From the human T2T-CHM13v2.0 reference genome, Homo sapiens, in NCBI RefSeq assembly GCF_009914755.1, contig NC_060929.1: a stretch of DNA of 64,000 bases; one strand, 5' to 3'. The first letter of the stretch is position 1; every line of letters begins with the position of its first letter. A program made the translations under genes and the position numbers. Positions 1-13,643 of this stretch are shown one piece after another. The notes beneath the pieces were generated by a model. It was not told the DNA's origin. It ran no database searches and was given only the letters and a program-made list of their open reading frames with translations.

Positions 1-1259
1 TGCTGGACACAAGAATAGACTAAGGAAAGGGGTCCCTCCTGCCCAATTCTGAAATGAGCAATCCAGGCTGGTGCGACAGAGGAACCCAGGTTCCTTTCAT
101 CCTATTACTTGCTCATCCCACAAGGCGTCATCCTTGCCTTCGAGGTCAAATCTGGGGCCTGCTCTAGCCACACTCCTGCTGGACTCAGGAACAGAAAAGA
201 GAATAAGTCCAGGACATTTTCCTTTAAAGCAAATGATATGGCAGTCGCACACTTCAATTCTGTTCCTGCCCTTATGGCAGAAGCCAGCCACAGGGCAGCC
301 TGGTGTGGCTAGAGCCCCAGAGCTTCAAAAGGAGTTGGTAACGATGAGAAGGGAATAGATGCCATGTGACAGGGATGGCATTTGAAAGATTTCCAGAAAG
401 CCAGAATTTCTACTGTGAGTCCCTTGTAGAGATTTCATCCCCATCACACCACCTTTATAATAAGCTTGAAGAGGACCAGTCCCCCAAAAGAAGGGTGGTA
501 CCCTCTTTTCTCAACAATGACCCAATTTTTCTTCTGACCTTACTAACATAAACATTTACTCTATAAAATATAAGGTGTTGAGGTCGGGTGAGTGGAGGGG
601 GCCCTAAATGTTGATTAGGCAATTGGGGAGGAAAAGGAGGTTTTTGCTATAACTGCCATTCTTTAAATCTACAATTCCATGCTCTTTAAAAGCCTTATAA
701 TTTTCTGGATCTGGGAGCTGGGCTATTTCAGGGTCAATGGATTTATTTCAGTTGGTGCCTGAACTGACTTGAAACAAGTGTGTGTGGAAAAGAGCTATTT
801 TGAGAAGGAATAAACCGAGACTGCCCTGATGATAGAATATGCAAGCTGGTGGGTCTTGACTCCTTAAAGGATTATGAAATTAATTTGATTGGTCCCAATC
901 TTTATATAACCACCCCAATCAGGAAACTTCCCATCCCGCCAAAAGGCCCCCTCACGTGCTCTCCCTGTCAGTACCCCATGCAAAGGTAAAATAGATGATA
1001 TTTTTAAACATGGGTCGTGTTTAAAAGAAATGGAAACTCCTTCAGAGAATGAAGGAGAACCACACTGGGTAGAAGGTTATTCCTGGGGCTCCACCCCTTG
1101 CTCCATCAAGTCCTCTGAGCATGAGCTGGGCTCTGAGAAGGAAGAGACAGGAACCAATTGGTCATGTCCACGTGGCCTCAGAAGCTGAGTACGTGACGGT
1201 CACCAGATGCCTAGGCAGGCTCCCTTGAAATGGCAGGGCTGCTGTCCAAAATCCTGCTG

Positions 1260-1900
1260 GGTCATTGCTATTTACAGGCAGCCTTCCCGGCGTGCGGTGG
1301 ATATCCCAAGCGGGGCTATTTTTAAGCAGGGCTATGGCCTGCCGTGGGTTAAGCTGGTGTGGACAGAAAGCGAGATGATCTAGCCATCTACTGCAGGGGG
1401 CCTGATCTTGAACAGAAACCTGACTGTAATTGTCCCTGGATCCAGGTCCCAGACAAAGACGCTGGAAGGAGGTCCCTCCAGCCCCTGGCTCAGGGCCCGG
1501 TCAGCTGCTGGAGCCAGGCAGCTTGAGACATCCTCCTCTCCGACCTTGGCTTGAGGGGTTCATCCTCCAGAGCTCACCAGGGCCCCAAGGCTGGTACACC
1601 TGAGAGAAGAGAGAAACAAATCCCCCAACAGATGTGCAATTTCACCTGCTGGCCCTTCCATTCTGAGATCCAGAGCCCTGGCAAAGGAGCCTCCAGGACC
1701 AGGCCTGGGAAGCAAGACTGGCTCCGCCTTTTACGTTTCAGAGAAAGGGCAGGTGCTATAAAGGGCCCAGCGCCCACGGGCCTGCCTTCAAGGGTACAGC
1801 TGTGGGGGCCGGTGCGCCCGGAGGTCTACGCTGGGATTGGTGAGGTCCTCTGGCCCCGCCCCGCCAGGGAGGATTTCCAGGCCGGCCCGACCAGCTCGCC
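1260..1900 (+). promoter_or_regulatory. CKMT2: CKMT2 proximal promoter (GC/CpG-rich, muscle-type)
   Basis: MEF2 consensus CTATTTTTAA at 1316-1325; E-boxes CAGCTG at 1502-1507 and 1797-1802; TATAAA at 1757-1762; inverted CCAAT at 1836-1840; tandem GC boxes CCCCGCCCCGCC at 1854-1865; locally elevated CpG just upstream of a strong splice donor. Confidence 0.75.
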
Positions 1901-1902
1901 CT

Positions 1903-1958
1903 GCATACACTTCTTGGCTGTGTGCGCTCAGCAGGACGTGGGAGGCTCCGGCTTCAAG
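1903..1958 (+). other. CKMT2: CKMT2 non-coding exon 1 (5' end approximate; alternative donor extends it to 1962)
   Basis: Donors AAG|GTCGGT after 1958 and TCG|GTGAGT after 1962; lies directly downstream of the promoter motifs and agrees with my recollection of the CKMT2 mRNA leader. The TSS cannot be fixed from sequence. Confidence 0.7.
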
Positions 1959-4929
1959 GTCGGTGAGTCCGTGAAACTCTGCTTTATTCCTCCAAAGAGG
2001 GGTCATGGCTAGAGCCAGTGTGAAGGGCCTTGGAGGAGTGGATGCCGGGCTGTAGACGGGGACCCCGTTAGGACGCTGACTGCGAGGAGGCAATGGTGAC
2101 TCGCTAAAGCCAGCAGAGCTCCCGCCCTTGGCCGAAGCGACCCCTCCTCCCTGCACACAGGTGGGGGCAGCTCAGCACCAGGAGCAGAACAAATCAGCAC
2201 GCTGCCTGCAGGGCCTCTTTTTGGTAGTGAATCAGGAATTTTTCTCGATGGAAAAAAAAATCTAAAGGCTGTATTTTGACGCTAAGTTTGGGACAACTTT
2301 AAACTTAAAGTGTCTTTCCCTTGTAATTCACAGAGTCTAATCCACTCATTTCTGGGAATGTTTTTCCCCAGCAGTCTCAGTCTCAAAAGACATGTAAATC
2401 AGTGACTTGGGATGAACTAACTAGAAAATTAAAATTTTGAGAAGCTATTTGCTCATAAGCCCAATAGCCAGGCCCAGTTTAAACGGGCAAATAGTATTGC
2501 TAGAGATTCAGTTTTGCCGTCACTAATACTAACACATTGATAATGAGACAAGTAACCGTCTCCCCTCCCCACCATCCTTACCTTTCCCACCGGAGGTTAA
2601 TTAAAAAAAAAAAAAAAAAAAAAAACCTATGGAATTGGCCCCACGTGTTTCACCTGGGCAGAGGCCTGTTCTTCACTAGCTTGCTTGCTTGGTTGGTTGT
2701 CCCGGGGTTAAAATCAGTCCTGTTCTTGCCCCTAGAGTGGTCTGCCTTCAAATGCTCTCCTCCGAATGTGAGGAAGAGTGACATTTGACAAACAGACCAA
2801 AACCTTTAGGTCTCCTCAGTGCTGCCCTTTAGACCTTCCAGAAAGTGTTGCCAGGCTCGTGACCCCTCACAGTGTCAGCTGAGTCAAGTGAGGGGCAGTT
2901 AGTGGCCCTCAGGACAAGGTTACGCTAGGTACACCAGTGTGCTGTTTCCAGAAGGGCTGCTTTTCCTGTCTACGGCTCTCACATTTTCTCTGTTCTGAAC
3001 TCGTGTCCTTGGTCTGTTCTCTCTGTCCTCTCATAGAGGCGAGCATGGCCACAGCATGTGGCCAGAGACTTCCTGACAGGCAGGCTCTTCCGGGAGGCTC
3101 TTGGCCTTGTTTGGCGGTCTGAGCACTTCACTTCCTCTGCATTGATAGGCACCTTTTCCAAAGACCCCAGACTTTGGAGTTAATCACGCCTGTGGGTTAA
3201 GGCACTGTCACAGCAAAGCACAGGAGTGCCACATGCACCCCATGGACTCTGCCAGCCTCATGACCAAATCATATCATTAGGAAATGGGCCGTAGGCAGGT
3301 CAGTTTTCCTAAGGAAACTGTGGGTTGGGTCGGGGGGAGTACCATACAGAATGGGGAGTCCTGGGGTTTCAGACACAGGAGGGAGACTGACTTTGCCCCT
3401 AGCTCAGAGGCCCTGGGCCTCCATCTCTGCCATAGCCTACAGCAGGCTCCATTTGTCTTCCCAAAGGAAGCCACGTAGAGTCTGTGTCAAGCATTCTGGG
3501 AGCTCCTGCCCACAGAGCCAGGAATCCAGCAGCAACCCATGCTGAAGGTGACTGCTGGAGGTCACACTAACCCTTGCCAGGAAGCCTCAGAGACTCCCTC
3601 CCTTGGGCGGGGAAGAAGGCAGCCCACTTCACAGCACTTCAAAGGACTAGATGGCTCCTAGCTTCCTGTTTTCTTGAAAACAATTTACCCTTGAGGGACA
3701 AAGTCTGGTAACGGTCCCATGCCTTCATCACAGGAGGCCTAGGAAAGGCCTCTGTTTTACAGAGTAGGATTCTAAATATCTCCTTCCTGCCTAGGACTGT
3801 CTATTTGCTGAGTAGAACAGTAATGCCAAGAGTGCCCATTAAGGTTGGCTGCGTACTAAGTGGTTTTGAGGTAACGCACACCCTTTGCTATCTTAGAACT
3901 GGGAGGAGACAGGCATTTTCTGCGGCCTAGGAGCCTGGCATCGTGAGAATTTGTTCAGAGTGTTCTGTGGAGCTGGTCCAAGCCCAAGGACATCCTCTGT
4001 TTTGGGGTGGCTCTCTGGATGGAAAGCTGACACGTGGTCCTCCTCCTGCCCTTCCACCTGCCCTCTGGCTGAGGAGTTCAGACACATGGACGCTGTGAAT
4101 GGCTGGACCAGAAATAAATCTGAGTCAGCAGAAAGGCAGACATGGTCCATCCGGGATGCCCAGGAAGAGCAGGGGGCTCGGGCTGGAGGCAGTGACAGAA
4201 CCCAAGGCCTCCTCTTCACATTCTAGGATGTCACAGAACCAGAGAAGAGCATTAAGACCAGGATCTGAACTCCCAGTATACCTGCCTGGGACCAAGAAAT
4301 GTACAGCTTGTGGCCACTTAACAAAAGGGCTTGATGTAGCTGTCGTTGTTTTTTTAATGCGGAGGGCAGTGTAGGAACAAACAGGATATTATTGCTTTTG
4401 GCTCTGTCTGGCTGTGCTCTTGCACCTCCCCATCGCTCCAAATCTCCCTGGCTTGGAGCCCAGGTATTCTGCCAATTTTAGCCTAGATGCTGTAAGCAGT
4501 GTTTTTCAATTCAGGAGTCATTGTGGTGTTCCAGGTTAGGGAAACTGAGGCAGAAAGCTTCTATGGGGTGAGAGCTGGAGACCACCTTCCTCTTCACACT
4601 GGCACAGCATCCCTAGCAAGGCCTGGCAGGCACATTGAGCACTAGAGTCAGAGTGGAGCGGGCAGAGATATCCCTGGCGTCTGGGTTACTTCAGCGGGAG
4701 CCTGAGGACAGGGAAAGAGAACAAGTTTATAATCTGCAACTTTAGAAGTCATATGCCCTGAGGTGACAATCCTGTGCCTAGGAGCTGCTGTGTTAAATGC
4801 ACTTCTACGGTCTTGGGGGTTTGACTGAGTGGAATGATCTGTGGCACCACAGGTTTTAAGCCACAGGGGTGGTTTCCCTCCAATTGCTGGTCAGTGAAGG
4901 GCTGTATGTGAGGTGCTGCGGTCTGCAAG

Positions 4930-5290
4930 GAAGCTGAATCCAGTGCAAAAGACAAACCTGGGTTCAAATCCCAGCTCTACTAGTGTGCTGGCACTGAAAC
5001 CTGGGGCAGGTCACTTCTCTTGAGCCTCTGTTTCCCCATGCCCAAAATAAAGCATACTTGGCAGGATTGTTACATAGACTGATTGTGTTTGTAAGGTCCC
5101 TTACATAATGCATGGCTCATGATAGGAGCTCATAAATGCTCAAAAAGAAGACAGAAGGTTTGACTCAGTCGGTGTATAGGGTTGGAAAGGATATTCCAGG
5201 GGAAAGAAAACACTCAAGCAAAGGCTCAGAGGTGGCAAAGTGAAGGACCTGTTCAGTGATGCCAGGAAGTCATTGGAGACACTGTTGGAG
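4930..5290 (+). mobile_element. MIR and L2 fragments
   Basis: MIR core cctgggttcaaatcccagctctac...gagcctctgtttcccc, followed by L2-like attccagggggaaagaaaacactcaagcaaaggctcagaggtgg. Confidence 0.6.
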
Positions 5291-5364
5291 GGGTGGAGTC
5301 TGGAAGAAGAACTGGGGAGCCCAATTGGTTAAATCCATTTTGTGAACCCCGATGTTGGTTTTCA

Positions 5365-5780
<416 letters not shown>

Positions 5781-6139
5781 TCAGAAAAGGGGCAGGCCGA
5801 GTGCTGGCTGGAATAATCAGGTGTGGCTTTGGGGAGGGAGTGATGATGATCCCATAGCCTTAGGGTCATCAGGGGAAGGGACTCATTTATTCAGTGCCTA
5901 CTGCAGCCTGTCCCGTCGTCTTCACAACACCTCACAGGGAGACCTCATCATGCCCATGATGGGGAGGAGCTGCTGAGGCTCGGGTGGGTACCAAGCAGGG
6001 TTCCTACACCTAGCGGGGCTTGGTAACATCCTGTAATCGGGGAGCTTTTTCTCATTATACATGTGAGGGCCCCACTCTTGGAGAGACTCATTCAAAAAAG
6101 GTGGAGCCTAGAAATCCAAAATTTTAACACACATCAAAA

Positions 6140-6510
6140 TTTTCTTTTTTAGGTTTTTACTTTTTTATCATAAAGATAACACATGCTTATTTTTACAAGT
6201 GATACAATACAGAGTTCCATTAAGAGAAAATTAATCTGCCTTCTCCGAGTCCGTTACTCTGAAGCAACCCTTTTAGCAGTTTGATGAATATCCTTCAATA
6301 CTTTTATGTTCATACAAATACATGAAAATGTATATGTATATATACATCATTGTTACAAATTGCAACCGCTCATATTCAGTCCTAAGCAAGTTTTTCTTTT
6401 CCTTTTAACCTAAAAAGGTGTCACAGATGGGCCTCCAGGTAAGTGGAGGCAGTTTTAACTCCTTTAATAGCTGCAGAATATTTCACCATCTGAATGCACC
6501 AGCATTTGTT
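6140..6510 (-). mobile_element. Old L1M(E) 3' fragment
   Basis: AT-rich, with L1ME-like antisense motifs such as tttaatagctgcagaatatttcaccatctgaatgcacc. Confidence 0.45.
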
Positions 6511-6516
6511 GAGTGG

Positions 6517-7087
<571 letters not shown>

Positions 7088-8075
7088 GTCTGGGGTCAGC
7101 CTTCCCTAAGTTGAAAAAATCACTCTTCTGTGAAGACCTTGTCACTTTTCACCACCTCCAAATTCAAGTCCCAGGTCTCACAGTTTGTTCCTTTGGCTAT
7201 GGCTCCAGTGCCACGTGCTTTGGCTCCAACCTGTCTCTGCAGTCCCTCCCCTGCCTCTGCCACTCATGGCTCCTGCCTCTGCACATTCTGTCCACTGTAT
7301 CTGGAAAGTCCTCCCTTTATCCACCAGGCAAGGTGAAGTGATAGCCCCGAAGATTTTTTACCTCTTCTAGAAAGCCCTCTCTGACCCACCAGGCAAATTT
7401 GGGTCTTCTCTCCTCTTTACTATTTTTGCTCTTGTCCTTTGGATTATAGTGGTAGGTTTTTATAGTGATCTGTCTCCCCCACCTGGCTGTACCCTGAACT
7501 CTATAAAAGCTCCTTGAGGGCAGCCCCAGTATCTGACACAAGGATTGATTCTCTAACGTTTGTTGAGCAGATGGAGGGATGGATGAGCAGATGGATGGAT
7601 AGATGGACAAACGGATGGATGAAAGAGCTTCCAGGCTTAGCTCTCAGGCTGTAACGTAATCTTTGCTGTACACAGGCCGTGAACTGGGTGGTTGGCCTTG
7701 CCCATGTTCAAATCCATTTCTGTTCTAGACTCCAGAATCTGTCAGGGCTGTCTTGAACCGTGGGTTTCCTTGAGGCCCTCTAGGGTACGTAGCCACCACA
7801 AATTCCAGCCAGAATCAGTCCTAGCTTAATTCAACTCTCCAAATTTCAGGGGAATTATCTTCCGTAGAGTCCCTCCAGAGGCAAATTTGTATTAGTGACA
7901 GTGGCCCAGGATGCTGTGTCCTCATCTTAGGAATCTGGACTAGGAATAGAACAGGGGACACATTTAGCCCTTTCTTTTTTTTGGCAGCATTCAAGGGCAG
8001 GCTAAGTCTGCTCTGGGCTGAGGGGAATGGCCATTTCCCCACCTGGAAGATGCCTGGAAAGCAGCTTTGGGGAGG

Positions 8076-9153
8076 GAGGAGTGGGGGCACGTGGCATCCA
8101 CAGTCCTCCACTGATGCACATGGGTGTGCAGGGGTCTATTCATCGTTTCCACTCGAATCCTTTGCAGGGTGTGACCTGTCCTAGTCCCAGGGCAGGTGGA
8201 GGCATGCAATACAGTACTTTGGTATGCTTAAGACCTGACAAGGCTCCTCAAACAACATCGTTGAATGGTCTGTCCCATAGCCAACCATGCCCTCCCAGGA
8301 CCCCCCAACAGGCTCTGGCTCCCCAAGTAGAGCACAAATCACACACAATTTCTAGTTGCCCAGCAGAGGGCCGTGGTTAAGAGTGTGGACTATGACTGCT
8401 GGCCAGAATCCCAGCGCTGCCACTCACAAACCATGTGGTCCTGGGTGAGTTATTTTGCCTTTCTCTCCCTGCATCTGCTCACTTGTAAAATGGGAATAAC
8501 ACGAGCACACAGCGTTTTTTTCCTCAGACTAAGGACTCTGGAAAAGCTGCCACATAGTAGGTAAATAGTCATCAGATGAATAAGTAGACAAATACATATC
8601 TCTACCCCCTCCTCACCCCCTCTTTCCCCTCCCTCCAATGCTGCCCACCATGGCTTCTCCCTACCTGAAACATATCAGTGTCATTCACCCACTTGCCCTT
8701 GACTCACATGACCCGCTGACCGCCTGGAAGCCTGTAGTGAGTGGTGTTCCTGCGAAGGAAGGCCCCAAGAGCCATCCCCTGGTTCTGCTTCCCCTCAGTG
8801 CTGCCTGGAGTGACACCTGTGTGCTGTGGGCATTTTGGCCCCATACTTAGCCTCCCCTCGGCATCAGCCTATGGAAACCCTGCTTAAGGGAAAACACTCA
8901 GCATACCTGAGAGACCAGGGAGGATCTGAGGCAGCTGGAACTCTCTGGCAGCTCCATTCCTTGGGAGACAAAGGGTTAATGACAATGGCCCAGAGGAATG
9001 GGGGCACACGGCATCCACAGTCCTCCATTGATGCACATGGGTGTGCAGGGGTCTATTCATCGTTTCCACTCAAATCCTTTGCAGTGTGTGACCTGGTCCT
9101 AGTCCCAGGGCAGATGGAGGCATGCAATACAGTACTTTGGTATGGTTAAGACC
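8076..9153 (+). repeat. Dispersed direct repeat of ~160 bp (8076-8235 and 8993-9153)
   Basis: Manual alignment shows about 9 differences over ~160 bp. Confidence 0.92.
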
Positions 9154-9799
9154 CCATCTAGACATGCTGTAATATTTGTATGGTAAACTATTGTGAGTGA
9201 AAGGATCTTTATTTAAATGAGTGCCTGGTGCAGAACAGACACTCGATACATATGATTTCCCTTTAGCTGTGTGACCTTGGGCTGTTAGTTAATGTCTCTG
9301 TTTTTGAGTTCCCTCCTCTGTGACATGGGATACCTACTTCTTGGGATTGTTTTGAAAAAAGTACCCTGCCCTTGAAAGCACTCGAATTTTGTTTTCTCTC
9401 CTTATTCAGATATTAAAAATGTTATAATAATTACAGTTATCCAACAGTAAAATGGGTTGCTGTGGCAAGTGGTGGGATCCCCAGGACTGCTGGTATTTAA
9501 GGAGGGCTGAGGGAAAGGGATGCCTGAATTTCAGCTGAGGTAAATGACCTCTAAAGCCTCTCAGGTTCCTGACATTCATTCACTTACTCATCAGACATTT
9601 AATGATAACCTATCATGTGTGGGCCAGCGTGCTTAAGAACCAAGACAAACTGTGGCCCAGTTCTACATTCATTGGGTCTTGTCCCTCTGAAGTAAAGGAT
9701 GGACCCAGTGATTGTCCCTTGTCCCTTTGATGCGTGGAATTCCCAGTGATTGTCCACCCGACTGGAGCCTTGCCAAGCTTCTTACACTGTGCCTTCCAG

Positions 9800-10477
9800 C
9801 ACGTGGAGGGAGGAAACCAATTCCTGCTCCTCGTGAATTCCAGAATGTAAGTTACCCCACAAGCCCATGCAAAAAGGGGAAGAGCTTCCTCCTTTTTCTT
9901 AGAGCATTTCCTTTAGAAAACTTATATTTTGCTGCCCCTTTGAAATGTATATAAATCTTTTTAAAAGCTAAGTAAGGCTCCAGTCGATTTTACAACCTAG
10001 GACTCTTTTCCTGCAAGGGCCTGGAAACCATCTCTTTGAAAATACAGACATCAAGGAAGATAGCTCCCTACCTCCCACTGTCAGTGGGAGGGCAGTGGGT
10101 AGTAGTTTCATTTAAGCACCTGGCTCCAAGTTGTAAAACTACCTGCTGTCCTAGAAACTTGAGTTTTATTTTTCCTTTTGATAAAGGCAATTAGCGAACA
10201 CAAATGGTCACCAGGTGAATTTAGGATGAATTATGCTTGACAAATGGTGCTGTCAAGTCCTCTTACTTTAGTTCGAGAACATGTATGTAATGAATGGGTC
10301 CTATTTGCTTGCCCACATAAAAGGGTGGGATGTCTGTCTTTGCAATCTCCTTAGCAGAATGCTAAAGATGTGCATCACTAGTTTAATGTTTATTCAATAA
10401 TAAAATATTTTCTTTTTCCTATATTTTATGGAGAGGAATTTCTGGGGTGGGAGGAAATTTAAATTGTTTCCCCAACA
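9800..10477 (+). mobile_element. ERV1-class solo LTR (MER34/MER39-like); 5' boundary approximate
   Basis: TATA-like cacataaaag, aataaa near 10398, end ...tttccccaaca; typical LTR layout. Confidence 0.5.
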
Positions 10478-10882
10478 CCTAGCACTTGCTCCTCATCTGA
10501 TTCTTCCTTTCCAATCTGCCTGCTCAGTCAGAACCCCTAAAAAAAAAAAAAAGGAAACAGAAGGACATGCACATTTAGGCCTTGTACTCTGCTGGCTTTC
10601 GTCTGTTATCTGTGGGGTAGTCTCTGCTGTGTCACATACGGACATCTCTGACGATGGGCACGATGAGCTCCCAGGGTTCAGACAGCCTGTCATGGTCAAA
10701 CGGTCAGGAGCCTGCACTGGGCCACCCTAATTTGCAGATACCAGGAAACGGAGCAGGTACATGCTCAAAACCAGAACTGTGAGTCTCACTTGGTGGCTTT
10801 TATTGATAGGATTTCAAAATCCATGTCTGAAAGAAATGTGTGTCACATCATATAAGTAGATTTCATTCAAAAGTTTGTGGGC

Positions 10883-11173
<291 letters not shown>

Positions 11174-11174
11174 T

Positions 11175-11730
11175 TCTGGTTGCCCAGCATGCCAAAAAAG
11201 CCAAACATTGACGCTGAGATTTGTAGTGAGAAAAAGGCGTTTATTGCTGGGTGCCAAGCAAGAAGAATGGGTACCTAGCACTTAACACCTGAGCTCCCTG
11301 CTGGCTTATAAGCAAGGGTTTTTAAAGCAGGAGTGAGGGGGTATCCAAAATGAGTTAAGAGCTAGGGAATTTCTGGAACTTCCATATCTATTTTTTGGTT
11401 TCAGTCTGTCTGAGTTCTATGACAGTGGTCAGCATTTTCCATCTGGTGTGGGAATTGTTTTCTGAAAAGCAATGCAAGGGAATAGGTCAAGATGCTATCT
11501 TTAGTTTCTACAGGGAATCAAACATTTTGTGACTCTGACTTACTTGAGTGGCTTTTAAATTATTATCTTCTTGTTTAGCAGGTTATTCGTTAACTTCCCT
11601 AATTGCTGGCTGTAGGACTAGCTAGGTACCTGGAACTTCCCTTAAAGGGACTGAGAATGTTGCCTTGATTTCTATGCTTGGCACATGTGGGTAAGGGGAG
11701 GAGCCCAGCAGGGCCATAAGAGAGGTCCCT
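11175..11730 (-). mobile_element. ERV-class solo LTR, antisense
   Basis: aagccaaac...gagaaaaaggcgtttattgc (AATAAA on the minus strand) and gggtttttaaag (TATA on the minus strand), as expected for a reverse-oriented LTR. Confidence 0.5.
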
Positions 11731-12276
11731 TGGGAAGACAATACAAACATTAGGAGTGAACAGAATAGAGATATGTGGCACTGAGTTTACCCGCAGATGC
11801 CAAAAAGGCACAGAGCACAAGGGCAGATGAATGAGCAGCCCATGAGTACACTGCGAACTGAGAGAGAATGCAGTCATCTTGAGCTAGAAGGGAACAGATT
11901 TTGTGGGGATTGAGGCACCAGGCTGTGGTCCAATTAGGCAGAGAAAGATGGACAACAGAGTCCAAACGGTAGGGGGTGATAAGAAGCAAGAAACAGTAAT
12001 AACTGTTTCTAAAACAAATTAGATTTGTTGCATTAGCACAAAATAGAAACAGCAAACCAATATTTTAAAAAGTCATATACAGTATATAATATTAGAATAG
12101 AGATACAAATGTAGGATATACATGTGTGTTTTTCAAATTGAGATCATGCAAAGCTCTAGTGCAATGGAGCTGAATGTGAGGCTAGCTACTGTGTCCTGAT
12201 GTTCTGGGCCCCCATAACAGGCCTTGAATGATGTGTGCAAGAACTGTGTGAGCTTTCATGAAATTCCTAATAGGAT

Positions 12277-12571
<295 letters not shown>

Positions 12572-12620
12572 CCTAATATGATCTTATTTAGTTGACATTT
12601 GCCTCTTTCCCCAAAAATAG

Positions 12621-12784
12621 ATCAAAGGAAATGTTTCCCTTTGTCCCGTTTCACACTAAACGGGTTGGGGAGGAACCAGGGGAGATGTCAACCGTCTGCC
12701 GGTGACTGGGAAGTTTTCTGCAAGTCCTCCACAGCATAGGCCAGCAGGCCACTTTTCACTAACAGAAGTCACAAGCCAAGTGAG
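12621..12784 (+). other. CKMT2: Probable alternative CKMT2 5'UTR exon
   Basis: Acceptor cctctttccccaaaaatAG| at 12620 and donor GAG|GTAAAG after 12784; unique non-repeat sequence resembling a recalled CKMT2 5'UTR variant. Confidence 0.6.
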
Positions 12785-13426
12785 GTAAAGTTCCTTACTG
12801 TAATGCATCATGGCTCATAGAAATCGCAAGATATAATTGCCTGCCTCATCATTAACATCACCTGCCCCTTCCTGGTGTGGGCCTCTGTGTTCTTGGGATG
12901 AGTAACCACTATCTATGTGGGCCTTTCTACCTGTCTGCCTTGACCTGAGCAGTTCGACAGTCTGATGATGCTGGAGGTCTTAGCCTGGTTGTAAGACAAA
13001 GTAAAATCAGACGCAGATGTCATCTGCCAGGGATTTCCAGAAAGAGCTCTCAGATTGCCTCAAAAACACATTGGAGCCTCTACACTACATATGCTACAGT
13101 TACACGAAATGAGGCAACTCTCTTTTAGGCTCTGCCCAAAGAAATTTCAATTTTGAAGACAAAACTGTGGATAAGAGACTTCCTCTTCCCTGAGTGGACG
13201 AGTATACCAAAGCAGGCTCCCAAAGGGCACCACTGTGATGACACATGAGGGTATCAGCAGCTTGTCCTCAAACCTCTCATTGCCCTTCCTCTTCCACCCA
13301 CTGGCTCCATCGAGGCACATACCTGAAAGGCTTTCCTTTATCACAGTGCTACACAGGAGGGGAAACGGACCAAGCCATTGTTCCTCTATCAGGATTCCTT
13401 TGTGTGGGCATGCATCCCCCTCACTA

Positions 13427-13643
13427 TTTTTTTTTTTTTTTTTTTTTTGAGACAGAGTCTTACTCCATAGCCCAGGCTGTAGTGCAGAGGCACAATCTCT
13501 GCTCACTGCAGCCTTCGCTTCCTGGGTTCAAGTAATTCTCCTGCCTCAGCCTCCCAAGTAGCTGGGATTACAGGTGCCTATCACCATGCCCAGCTAATTT
13601 TTGTTATTTTTAGTAGAGACAGGGTTTCGCCATGTTGGCTAGG
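13427..13643 (-). mobile_element. 5'-truncated AluS
   Basis: Poly-T, right arm and part of the left arm. Confidence 0.9.

Noticed and set aside
1-1250. Possible 3' end of the upstream neighbouring gene
   Set aside because: No exon or coding signal recognisable; treated as upstream intergenic/promoter DNA.
1757-1762. TATAAA as the core promoter for exon 1
   Set aside because: It lies ~145 nt upstream of the likely exon start, too far for canonical spacing unless an upstream TSS is used; listed only as a motif.
1551-2200. Overlapping 63-153 aa ORFs at the promoter
   Set aside because: Expected by chance in GC-rich DNA; no recognisable domain, and several start at non-ATG codons.
8076-8235. 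Duplicated 160-bp unit as a snoRNA or miRNA pair
   Set aside because: No convincingly placed C/D or H/ACA boxes and no long stem; only a 6-bp hairpin.
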